Notes under the pieces: generated by a model
Told to the model about the DNA's origin: nothing
Seen by the model: the letters and a program-made list of their open reading frames with translations, nothing else
Databases searched by the model: none
Source: Stegostoma tigrinum
Lineage: Eukaryota
Assembly (NCBI RefSeq): GCF_030684315.1
Contig: NC_081373.1
Coordinates: 25,459,989-25,523,988, forward strand
Reading direction: 5' to 3'
DNA length: 64,000 bases
Shown: positions 14,372 through 25,240 of the stretch, in pieces
Layout: every line of letters starts with the position of its first letter
Position numbering within the stretch: position 1 is the stretch's first letter
Position numbers and translations under genes: made by a program

Positions 14372-14646
14372 TTGATAATGAAATGTGAGGTTGGGTGAAC
14401 ACAGCAGGCCCAGCAGCATCTCAGGAGCACAAAAGCTGACGTTTCGGGCCTAGACCCTTCATCAGAGAGGGGGATGGGGTGAGGGTTCTGGAATAAATAG
14501 GGAGAGAGGGGGAGGTGGACCGAAGATGGAGAGAAAAGAAGATAGGTGGACAGGAGAATACAGGTGGGGAGGTAGGGAGGGGATAGCTCAGTCCAGGGAA
14601 GACGGACAGGTCAAGGAGGTGGGATGAGGTTAGTAGGTAGGAGATG
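14372..14646 (-). mobile_element. Penelope-type terminal repeat fragment (family A) with intact minimal hammerhead core at 14438-14465
   Basis: Minus strand CTGATGAAGGGTCTAGGCCCGAAACGTC; near-identical to the copies at 24441 and 30470. Confidence 0.75.
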
Positions 14647-14712
14647 TTAATGGTTTTTGCTCAAACTGGTTATGAGGTCGTTTAGAACACATCAGCTTCC
14701 CAGAGTACTTAC

Positions 14713-14836
14713 TTGTACTGAAGTTGCACTTATGACTTAGAGAGGTTGAACTCCGCCAGTTTGCTGCATTTTTGTGTCTGCAGTGCAGTCGGAGAGCCGC
14801 AGAAACTCCCCTGGCGTATAAGCATGCACGAGAAAG
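14713..14836 (-). CDS. PRDX3: Peroxiredoxin-3 coding exon 2 (LSRACLYARGVSAALRLHCRHKNAANWRSSTSLSHKCNFST)
   Basis: ttgcag|...|gtaagt boundaries; 124 nt; phase 0 to 1 fits exon 3. Arg/Ser-rich and free of acidic residues, as expected for a mitochondrial presequence. Confidence 0.85.
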
Positions 14837-15044
14837 CTGCAAATCAACAGAAACGGAGAAGATACAAGATCACTCCAAGTGAACTACGCTTGGACGAATG
14901 TTAAATTTATGTTTCTTGCAGACGTAAGAGAAGTAAAACCATAAATTGATAGTAGTGTGGCTCCCCAAACAAATTAAGTGAAATAATCAGAAATTCAGAT
15001 CGCTTTATATCTTTCAATTTAACAAAACAAAAATGTGTTAAGGA

Positions 15045-16066
15045 GGTTGGGGGGGAGGGGGGGGGGGGGGGGGGGGGGGAAGAGAGAAAGAGAAGTGGGG
15101 GGGGGAGAGAGAAGTGGTGGGGGGGGGGAGGAGAGAGAAGTGGTGGGGGGGGGGGAGAGAGAGAAGTGGTGGGGGGGGGGGGAGAGAGAAGTGGTGGGGG
15201 GGGGGAGAGAGAAGTGGTGGGGGGGGGGGAGAGAGAGAAGTGGTGGGGGGGGGGGAGAGAGAGAAGTGGTGGGGGGGGGAGAGAGAAGTGGTGGGGGGGG
15301 GGAGAGAGAAGTGGTGGGGGGGGGGAGAGAGAAGTGGTGGGGGGGGGGAGAGAGAAGTGGTGGGGGGGGGGAGAGAGAAGTGGTGGGGGGGGGAGAGAGA
15401 AGTGGTGGGGGGGGGAGAGAGAAGTGGTGGGGGGGGGAGAGAGAAGTGGTGGGGGGGGGAGAGAGAAGTGGTGGGGGGGGGGGAGAGAGAAGTGGTGGGG
15501 GGGGGGAGAGAGAAGTGGTGGGGGGGGGGGAGAGAGAAGTGGTGGGGGGGGGGGAGAGAGAAGTGGTGGGGGGGGGGAGAGAGAAGTGGTGGGGGGGGGG
15601 AGAGAGAAGTGGTGGGGGGGGGGAGAGAGAAGTGGTGGGGGGGGGGAGAGAGAAGTGGTGGGGGGGGGAGAGAAGAAGTGGGGGGGGGGGGGGAGAGAAG
15701 AAGTGGGGGGGGTGGAGAGAGAAGAAGTGGGGGGGGTGGAGAGAGAAGAAGTGGGGGGGGGGTGGAGAGAGAGAAGAAGTGGGGGGGGGTGGAGAGAGAG
15801 AAGAAGTGGGGGGGGGGGGTGGAGAGAGAGAAGAAGTGGGGGGGGGTGGAGAGAGAGAAGAAGTGGGGGGGGTGGAGAGGGAAGAAGTGGGGGGGGGTGG
15901 AGAGAGAAGAAGTGGGGGGGGGTGGAGAGAGAAGAAGTGGGGGGGGGGGGGTGGAGAGAGAAGAAGTGGGGGGGGTTGGAGAGAGAAGAAGTGGGGGGGG
16001 GGTGGAGAGAGAAGAAGTGGGGGGGGGTGGAGAGAGAAGAAGTGGGGGGGGGGGGGGGGGAAGAAA
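15045..16066. repeat. Purine-rich minisatellite (GAGAGAAGTGGT(G)n, then GAGAGAAGAAGT(G)nT) in PRDX3 intron 1
   Basis: About 22-26-bp units with variable G runs, visible directly. Confidence 0.95.
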
Positions 16067-16477
16067 GGTGACCTTCGCCAACTGGCTGCAGGAATTGAAG
16101 ACCAGCAGACAGATTGTCAGTTAAAAACTGTGGCCTCCTGATGCTGCTCCAGCAAAAACGTGGAGCCATATCGCCACGTGATTGGGGTAAAGCAGTCACC
16201 ACACGGGACGGGGTTAAAAACACAAACTCCAAGTCTCTTCAGAGAGGGAAAAGGGGGCAAGTAGACATTTCGTGCATCTAAAGGTATGGTTCACTGGGAC
16301 ATCTAGAGAGCGGCAAATGGCCACAGGCTGTCCAGCAAACATTGACGAGGCACCCGGTACTGACGAACAACGCCATTTGGGGGAGGTGGGAGAGGGAAAG
16401 AAAGCCACATTTCAGATATAACGAGTATTCACTACGACCGCGACACAAAGAAATGGAGAGAATTCCCCTTCACACAC

Positions 16478-16498
16478 CCGAGTCACAGTCGCCGCCAT
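16478..16498 (-). CDS. PRDX3: Peroxiredoxin-3 coding exon 1 (MAATVTR, start of mitochondrial targeting peptide)
   Basis: Minus strand reads taagATGGCGGCGACTGTGACTCGG|gtgtgt in a CpG-rich promoter. Phase 0 joins exon 2 in frame. The donor position is less certain than the others. Confidence 0.75.
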
Positions 16499-16726
16499 CT
16501 TAGTGTCCACAGCCCCGCCCCCTCCAGGGGGAACGCTGGGCCGCTGTTAAAAATGACCATCAGTTATCAAAAAACACACCGAATTCAATGCTCCGAAAAC
16601 AACACGCAAAGCCCGTGTTAAATAACATAGAAATAAAACAAACAAAATTAAACAGCGCCAGGACCCCGCCCACAGTCCATGCCGGATGTGATGTCACCAA
16701 ATGCGCGCAATTTCCGGAGGAGCAAG
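16499..16726. promoter_or_regulatory. Bidirectional promoter shared by PRDX3 and LSM1
   Basis: Divergent ATGs separated by 228 bp. GC boxes at ~16512-16522 and ~16664-16671. ETS-like CCGGAT (16682) and TTCCGG (16712). NRF1-like TGCGCGCA (16702-16709). YY1-like AAGATGGCG overlaps the PRDX3 ATG. Confidence 0.75.
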
Positions 16727-16772
16727 ATGAACTACATGCCAGGGACAGCTAGCCTGATAGAGGACATTGACA
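16727..16772 (+). CDS. LSM1: U6 snRNA-associated Sm-like protein LSm1, coding exon 1 (MNYMPGTASLIEDID)
   Basis: caagATGAACTACATGCCAGGGACAGCTAGCCTGATAGAGGACATTGACA|gtaagg; 46 nt; matches the recalled vertebrate LSM1 N-terminus. Confidence 0.95.
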
Positions 16773-17750
16773 GTAAGGGAATGTATTAAATATTTATCAT
16801 CGGCGAGTTGTAGCCAACCTCATGTGGGGTGTCGGTAGTAAAGAAGTGTATTTAATTTTCATTACGTTCAGCTGTAGTCAGTCTGGTGCAGGACGTTAAC
16901 AGTAAGAGAATATACACATTTATTGTTATGCCTGGCTGTAGGCAGTCTGATAGAGGACATTGATGGTAAGGGCATGATGCTCAATTGTCATCATGTAGAG
17001 TTGTAGTCAGTGTGAAAGAGGCTATTGGCAGCAAGGGAGTGTACTCTCACTACCTGTGCTCAATTGTCATCAGTTCAAGCAGTCGCCAATCTGAGAGAGT
17101 TACATTGTCAGTAAGGGAATATATTCAATTACTGTCATGACAGGCTGTGGTCAGTCTGATAGAGGATGTTGACAGGAATGGAAAATACTCAATTATCATG
17201 TTGATCTACAGTTGGTCTGATAGAGGACATTGATAGTAAAGGAAAATACACAATTATCATTATGTTGAGCTGGAATCACTTTCGTAGAGGACCTTTATAG
17301 TTAGGTAATACACTCAATTATCATCATGTCAAACTGTAGTCAATCTGATGGAGGACATTTGAAAGTAAGGGAATAGACTCAATTATTGTCATGTTGAGCT
17401 GTATTCTGTCTGAGAACAATGATAGTAAGGCAATATTCTCACACTGTAGACTCAATTATTATCATTATCATCATCATGTCGAGATATAGTCAGTCTGATA
17501 TGGGGCATTCACATTTGGGGAATAGACTCAATTACCACAATGTGCTGAAGTGATTCTGATAAGCAACATTGACAAGAATGGAATATGGTGTCATTCTCAC
17601 AGTATTCTCAAATATTGTCACATCGAGTTATAACCAATCTATTTGCATAATTTGGTAGGGAATATACTCACAATGGACACTCAATTATCATGTCAATCTA
17701 TAGTCAGTTTGCTCGAGGACATTGACAATAAGGGAATATACTCACATTGC
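16754..17750 (+). repeat. Degenerate ~64-bp tandem array (~15 units) derived from the LSM1 exon 1/intron 1 junction
   Basis: Approximate consensus CTGATAGAGGACATTGACAGTAAGGGAATATACTCAATTATCATCATGTTGAGCTGTAGTCAGT. Units begin near 16754, 16819, 16883, 16947, 17012, 17091, 17156, 17217, 17281, 17345, 17410, 17495, 17556, 17639, 17709. Confidence 0.9.
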
Positions 17751-17769
17751 ATCACTAAAATCAAAGAAG

Positions 17770-18430
17770 ATCTGTAAAATCTTTTAAAAGTGTTTAAAAT
17801 GTAAACATTTGGCTGAAATAAATATAGGTTCTTTACAGGCACAGTTGGAAGAATTTATACTGGGAAATAGAGAAATGAGAGAGAAGCTAAATGATAAAAT
17901 TTTGTCTGTTTCTCTGTGAACTTACCAGAAATCTCTCAGAAGTAGCGATCCTAGTGACTGAGAATGATAAGTTGAAAGAATTTAGAGTTAGTATGAAGAT
18001 TGTACTTGAGAAATAATGGATTCTAAAGTTGATAAATGGCCAGGACATGAAACACTACATCACAGAGTGTTGAAGGAAATGGTTATAGAGGTAGTCATTG
18101 CATTGATGGTTTTATTCCAAAATTCTGTAGATTCTGTAAAGATTGCTGCAAGTTTGGAAAGTATTGAAAGTCATCCCACTATTTAAGGGACAGAGAGAAA
18201 ACAGGGAAGTACATACCCTTTAACCTTACATCAGTAGTCAGGAAAATGCTAGAATCTAGTATAAACAATGGGATAAATAAACACTAGTTGATAATTACTT
18301 GGTTGGGCATGGTCCGGATGAATTTGTGATTGGAAAATTGTATTTCACAAGCTTATTGGCGTTTTCTGAAAATGGTACAATATGAATAAAGGAGAACTAA
18401 TAGATCTAGTATATGTAAATTAAAATAAAG
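17770..18430 (+). mobile_element. Old CR1 LINE ORF2 fragment
   Basis: Decayed ..GP(G)H..LHHRVLKE..IPLFK..LTSVVRKMLES motifs. Confidence 0.6.
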
Positions 18431-19649
18431 GGAAAAAATTGTTTACATCTTATTCAGGAAATATCAAAATGCATTGCATATTGTAGAACTCGTGTGAGCA
18501 AGTATATACAGACACTGAAAACTAATGAGCTATATTACCTGGTTAAATTATTGCCCATTATGTCAATTCATGGAATGGAACATGTTAGTCTTTTACACCT
18601 ACTGTCAGCATCAAGCAATTAAATCAACTGTAACACAGAAGGGTGTATACTTAAGTTGTGTGGAGCCAGGTGTAGATATCTTTTCTATTATCTCCACAAT
18701 GTACCCAATGATCTACAGTAAACTACACATGAGTTTAAATTTATGAATATGCCATTGGGCTGTGTTCATATTTAATTGTAATAATTGTAGGAAGTATAAA
18801 TATATACAGGGCTAGACATCAGTGCTCCTGAGACTAATTTCCCACATGAAATGTAAAACAACCAAGACAACAACCAGTGCATAATGTTATTTTGAAATTA
18901 TTTTTAAGAATTTGTATATTATAAATGTTGTCAAAATTTCCTTTTGCTGAATTTCTACATATGTTTGATTCTGTAAAATTAACAGACCACCATATCAATT
19001 GAAAATAGTAATGTATTTCATCGTTGTTTGCCATTAAAATTGTTGCACCACTATGAATATCATGACATATAAATATTCAATGTCAAATGAAACTTAAAAT
19101 AATTGAGAAATATATGTCTTATGAAGGAAAATATTATGGAATTTATAACATCTATATGTGTATATTTTGATTTACAGCACTAGAAACTGCGAGTATTGCT
19201 CCAGTGACCCCTTTTAGTATTTCTAATAGTTTCACTTTTGCTTTTAAAGAATGACTTTTTAAAACAGAACTTTAAATATCAAGTGTTTATTTTTTAATAA
19301 GTCCATGTCTTGTAAATCTTCCTCAAAGAAGAGGGCTGTTTTTCTCATGTAAATTTTAGATTAATTCTTTAGTTATTTGATATTGGATGAGGTGGTATTG
19401 TCTTTCTTTCCAGACCTGATGGTCGTGTTGGAAAGCAATTTTAAATAAACGAAGGATACACTAAACTTTGGTAACTGCATCATACGTGGGAATAATGATT
19501 TTTCAAACTATTTGTAGTACTAAGACTGGTTTCCAGGATTTGAAAGGATACTTGTCTTTGCTCCCACATGAAAGGAACTTACAGACTGCAAATTCTGTGA
19601 ATAGACAAATAAGCCTCAAGTCGTTATGCAGTAACATCTGTTGCTTATT

Positions 19650-20005
19650 TTTCATTCATTCGTGGGATGAAGGCATCGCTGGTAAGACCAGCAATTATTG
19701 CCCATCTGTAATTGCCCAGAAGGCAGTCAAGAGTCAACCACATTGCTGTGGGTCTGGAGTCACATGTTGGCCAGATCATGTAAGGATAGCAGTTTCCATC
19801 CCTAATGGACATTAGTGAATCAGGTGAGCTTTTTTCCCAACAATTAGCAATGGATTCATGGACGTCATTGTACTCTTAATTCCAGATTCTTTTAAAATTG
19901 AATTCAAATTCCACCATCTACCATGGCAGGATTCAAAGGTCCCCAGAACATTACCTGGGTCTCTCAATTAACAGTTCAGGGATAATACCTTAGGACATCG
20001 CTTGT
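19650..20005 (-). mobile_element. SacSINE1/DeuSINE-like SINE
   Basis: Deu-domain-like CCACATTGCTGTGGGTCTGGAGTCACATG..CCCTAA..GGACATTAGTGAA. Related copies at 48648-48980 (-), ~31400-31670 (+), 56262-56570 (+), ~58800-59005 (+). Confidence 0.7.
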
Positions 20006-20934
20006 CCAAGAGTTTAAAACTAAAGTTCCTATATACATATAAAGTAGATGAGAGTGTGTGTTTGAGCAAAGAATATTATTGAACGTCAGAGCTGTTATTG
20101 TCTTCCACCACCAATACCATCAAAATGCATTCACTGCCTTTAAGTCTGAAGCTAAAACTAAACAAAGTTAGAGAGGGTTTTGCCATACCCCATGGTCCAA
20201 ATCTGAACACAATTTAGTGCATGAATAGAGGAAACTTTGGAAGTCAATACTCTTTTCAGTCCAAAGATGCAAAAGATTCAAAACTCATTTGTAAAATGGC
20301 AGTTCAGCCAACATTAAGAAGAAACAGGATGCTTCTTCTCATTTGCTTTATTCACATCGCACTTTTAGTGATCTACTGCTAAAGTACACCTTCTGAGAAA
20401 GAGATTTTGTGTGAGAAATGACTTTAATGATATGATAATAGTATAGTAGGGATAGGATTCCTCCCCGCCAGTTCACACCACTTTTGACACATACTCAATC
20501 ATTTCATTTGTTAGTTTGTACTGTACTTTCTTGTGTTTCTCTGGGTTTATTTTGTAAAAACTCCTCACATCTAAAAACTTTCTGTTTTGGAACAAAGCAT
20601 AATTAGTCATATGCATAATCTGTCAGATTTAGCTGATAATGATCATTATAACAGAATTTATGCTGTAAATATTGCCATACCTTATCCAGTTGTTCCTTCA
20701 GCTGATTGGCACAATTATTGTTTGCTATGTCTGACTGCTACTTGCAAGATGGCAGTGTGCTCCTGAGATGCTGCTTGGCCTGCTGTGTTCATCCAGCTCT
20801 ACATTTTGTTATCTTTGCCTGGCTTGGCTGTTGTCTTTTTCCTACATAGGCAGAGATTGGTTACACCTTCTACTATCCATCATCCACAAGTGATTTAAAA
20901 CAAATTCTGGCTAATCCAACTCTGCCCAGCACTA

Positions 20935-22770
20935 AACGTGTGCTTTGCAATGCCCAGTTGACTCTTCCCTGCATACGTATGGCAGCTCATTCCATACATG
21001 CATTACCCTCTGTGTGGAAAAAAAGTTGCCCTTTAGGTCCCTTTTAAATCTTTCCCCGCTCACGTTAAACCTATGCCCTCTAGTTTTGTACTCCCCTATT
21101 CTGGGAAAAAGACCTTGGCTATTCACCCTATCCATACACCTCATGATTTTATAAACCTCTGTAAGGTCACCCTCAGCGCCCAACACTCCAGAGAAAATAG
21201 CCTCAGGCTATTCAGCATCTCCCTATAGCTCAAACCCTCTAACTCCAGCAACATCCTTGTAAATCTTGTCTGCACCTTTCAAGTTTAACAACATCTTTCC
21301 TATATAGCAGGGGGACCAGAATTGAACACAGTATTCCAAAATTTGTCTAACTAATGACATGTATGGCTGCAACACGACACGAATGCACTGATTGAGAAAG
21401 GCAAGCTATCAAACGCCTGATGAAGGGTCTAGGCCCGAAACGTCAGCTTTTGTGCTCCTGAGATGCTGCTTGGCCTGCTGTGTTCATCCAGCCTCACATT
21501 TTATTATCTATCAAACGCCTTCTTCCCTACCCTGTCCACCTGACTCCACTTTCAAGGAACTATGAAACTGTACCCCAAGGCAACATTTGGCAAAACACCC
21601 CAAGACTCTACCTTAAGTATATAAGCCCTGCTCTGATTTGCCTTAACAAAATGTGATACCTCATATTTATACAACTTAAACTCCAGCTGCCACTCCTCCG
21701 CCCATCTGATCAAGGTCCCATTGTACTCCAAGATTGCCTTCTTCACTGCCCACTCCACCACCAGTTTTGGTGTCATCTAAAATCTTACTAACTTTTCCTC
21801 CTATATTCACATCCAAATCGTTTATATAAATGACTAAAAGCAGTAGACCCAGCACCAATGCTTACGGCTCACTGCTGGTCACAAGCCTCCAATCCGAAAC
21901 CAATTTTCCACCATCTGTCTTTGTCTCCTACCTTCAAGCCAATTTTGGATCCAAATGGCTGGCTCTCCTCTGATTCCATGTGATCTAACTTTACTAATCA
22001 GTCTACTATGTGGAATCTTGTTGAATGCCTTACTGAAGTCCAATTAGATTACATCCATTGATCTGCCTTCCTCAATTGTCTTTGTCACTTCAAAAAACTC
22101 TATCAAGTTAGTGAAACGCAGTTTCCCACAGACCATTTTGACTGTCCCTAATCAGTTCTTGCCTTTCCAAATACATCTAAATTCTGTCCCTCAGAATCCC
22201 CTACAACAACTTACTCACTACTGACTTCAGGTTCAACAGTCTATAGTTCCCTGGCTTTCGCTTAAAGCTTTTCTTAAATAGTAGCACCACATTTACCACC
22301 CTCTAGTCTTACGGTGCTTCACCCTTGGCGGTTGATGGTTAAAATATCTTAGCAAGAAGCCCAGCAATCACTTCCCTTGCTTCCCACAAATTTCTAGGTT
22401 ACACCTGATCAGGTCCTGGAATTTATCCACTTTTATGCAGCTTAAGAGGTCTAGCACCACCCCTCTTAGACAGTTTTTCAAGATATCACTGTCTATTTCT
22501 CCAAGTTCTGTAACTTACATATGCTCCACTGTAAATACTGATGTGAAATACTAATTTATTATATCATTGGTTTCCTGTGGTTCCACACATAGACAGTTTT
22601 ATTAATTTTTAAGGGGCCCTATTCTCTCCCTACTTACACTTTTGGTCTTAATATATTTATAGCATCTCTTTGGATTCTCCTTAACCCTATTTGCCAAACT
22701 GCCTAATGTCCTCTTTTTGCCCTCCTGATTTCCCTCTTGAGTTTACTCCTATTGCCCTTATATTCCCATT
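20935..22770 (-). mobile_element. CR1 LINE ORF2 fragment (~1.8 kb, frameshifted)
   Basis: VLG.LLLVIYINDLD..DDTK RT motif and GDLTEVYKIMR..TRGHRF C-terminus. Confidence 0.9.
21417..21507 (+). mobile_element. ~90-bp hammerhead-core insertion (family A) with 13-bp TSD
   Basis: CTATCAAACGCCT duplicated at 21406-21418 and 21508-21520, inside the CR1. Confidence 0.8.
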
Positions 22771-24440
22771 TACTGCAGCTGATTGAGCATCTCCAACCCT
22801 TCTAATCTATGCAATAGTGGTCCACTTGATCTTTCAAGATGGCATGACCAGCACGTTGGAGATAGATCACTCACATTGGGGCCAATTTGACTTTGCACAG
22901 CCGTGTACAAGTGATTGCAAACTTTCAACCTGTTTTATGTCTTTCCTTATTTTCTTCCGTTGCCACTCTTAAGAACATCTTTGCAATATTTAGCTCCTTT
23001 CCTTCACTTACAGAGAGAAAGAATTGAAACTTTTGCTTAGTGCCCTGCAAAACAGAGAAGATTGTTGTGAAATGCAGATTTGCATTGCAGTCTTGAATAA
23101 ATCACTTCATGATCAAAACTTTTTTTTTGAAGGGAAATAAAATATACAGTGTCTAAACAACAACAACTGCACTCAGTGCTATGAGTTCAACTGTTCAATA
23201 CATAATTCAAGGAGCCCTATCATCTATTTCAACACAAAAACAAGAGTGTCCCTGCTGGAAACCAGAAATAAAAACAGAAAATTCTGAAACTTACAATAGG
23301 TCAGGCAGCACATGAAATATTAGTTGTCTATGAGGTTGTTGACTTGCTTATCGAGCTGTTTTGTTTCCGTTCAGACGTTTTGTCACGATGCTAGGTGACA
23401 TTATCAGTGAGGCCTTGGATGAAGCAATGTTGTTCTACTCTGCTGGGAATTTGTACTGTCCGGACTGTGGTGGTGAGTAGTGTCATTTCTGTTTTTGATC
23501 TGTATGAGTTTGTATATGGGGTCCAATTCTATATGTTTATTGATCAGAACTACGGGGTTAAAAACCATGCCTGTAGGAATTCCTGTGTGTGCCTGTATTT
23601 GGCTTGGGCAACTTTGGTTACGTTGTCCCAGTTAAACTGACGGCCTTCATTGTCTGAGTGTACTGATACTGAGGAAAGTTTGTTGTGGCAATTTGCTGCT
23701 AGCTGGTGTTCATGTATTCTGATGGCAAGTTTCCTTCCTGGCTATCTGATGTAATGTTTATGGCAGTCATTGCACGGTGTGTTGTAAACCATGTTGGTTC
23801 TGTATGTTGTGCGAATGGGTCGTCTTAATTCTTGGGAGTGTTTGTCCCCACAATATTCCCGCAACTTCATCTGCAGATGCCTACTAAACAGACAACAACA
23901 GGAGGAAACTGTGCACCCTAACACACTGGCCACACTGCCCTATATCAAGAACATATTAGATCTGGTAAAAGGACTCCTAAGACCACTAGGAATCATGGTA
24001 GCACACAAGCCCACTGCTACTCGGTGACAAACACTCAGAAGGATTAAAGACCCCGTTCCCACAACATGCAGAACCTACATGGTTTACAACATACCATGCA
24101 ATGACTGCCAGAAAAATTACATTGGATAGACAGGAAGAAAACTAGCCATCAGAATACATGGACATCAGCTCACAGCAAAACAATGTGACAAACTTTGCTT
24201 AAAATCAGTACACTTAGACAATGAAGGCCATCAGTTTAACTGGGACCATGTAACCATAGTAGCCCAAGCCAAACATAGACACACATGGGAATTCCTAGAG
24301 GCATGGTTCTCCACTCATAATGCTATCAACAAACATATAGAATTGGACCCCATATAAAAACCCACAGAGATCAAAACTGGAAATGACACTACTCACCACA
24401 ACAGAGCGGACAGTATAAATTTCCAACAGAGTAGAACAAC

Positions 24441-25166
24441 GTGTGGAGCTGGATGAACACAGCAGGCCAAGCAGCATCTCAGGAGCACAAAAGCTGACGT
24501 TTCGGGCCTAGACCCTTCATCAGAGAGGGGGATGGGGAGAGGGAACTGGAATAAATAGGGAGAGAGGGGGAGGCGGACCGAAGATGGAGAGAAAACAAGA
24601 TAGGTAGAGAGGAGAGTATAGGTGAGGAGATGGGGAGGGGATAGGTCAGCCCAGGGAAGACGGACAGGTCAAGGAGGCGGGATGAGGTTAGTAGGTAGGA
24701 AATGGAGGTGCGGCTTGAGGTGGGAGGAAGGGATGGGTGAGAGGAAGAACAGGTTAGGGAAGCAGAGACAGGCTGGGCTGGTTTTGGGATGCAGTGGGGG
24801 GAGGGGACGAGCTGGGCTGCATCCCACACCAGCCTAGCCTGTCTCTGCTTCCCTAACCTGTTCTTCCTCTCACCCATCCCTTCCTCCCACCTCAAGCCGC
24901 ACCTCCATTTCCTACCTACCACCTCATCCCACCTCCTTGACCTGTCCGTCTTCCCTGGGCTGACCTATCCCCTCCCTACCTCCTCACCGCGCCTCCCCCT
25001 CTCTCCCTATTTATTCCAGTTCCCTCTCCCCATCCCCCTCTCTGATGAAGGGTCTAGGCCCGAAACGTCAGCTTTTGTGCTCCTGAGATGCTGCTTGGCC
25101 TGCTGTGTTCATCCAGCTCCACGCTTTGTTATCTTGGATTCTCCGGCATCTGCAGTTCCCATTATC
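24441..25166. mobile_element. Young foldback Penelope-type insertion (family A) nested in the element above
   Basis: Arms ~24441-24794 and ~24817-25122 are reverse complements. 15-bp TSD ACAGAGTAGAACAAC at 24426-24440 and 25167-25181. Confidence 0.88.
25040..25071 (+). ncRNA. Minimal hammerhead ribozyme motif (family A)
   Basis: CTGATGA-A-GGGT(CTAG)GCCC-GAAA-CG-TC. The same core is on the minus strand at 24496-24523, 14438-14465 and ~30573-30600. Confidence 0.62.
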
Positions 25167-25199
25167 ACAGAGTAGAACAACATTGCTTCATCGGCAGCC

Positions 25200-25240
25200 T
25201 TACTGATGATGTCACCTATTTACGGTGACGAAACGTCTGA
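25200..25240 (+). ncRNA. Minimal type I hammerhead ribozyme motif in a Penelope terminal repeat
   Basis: CTGATGA-T-GTCACC(TATTTAC)GGTGAC-GAAA-CG-TC: conserved core, 6-bp helix II, palindromic ACGT helix III, 3-bp helix I. Activity untested. Confidence 0.7.

Noticed and set aside
14907-16232. Long Pro-rich and Gly/Glu-rich ORFs (301-441 aa) on both strands
   Set aside because: They are translations of the G-rich minisatellite, which lacks stop codons by composition, and lie in PRDX3 intron 1.
16754-17750. CRISPR-like repeat/spacer appearance of the 64-bp array
   Set aside because: The whole unit is homologous between copies, so there are no unique spacers. The context is a vertebrate intron and there are no cas genes.
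16790-17750. Array units as a cassette of alternative protein-coding exons
   Set aside because: The period is not a multiple of 3, units lack the ATG half of exon 1, stops are frequent, and the inter-unit gaps (~44 nt) are too short and pyrimidine-poor for normal introns.
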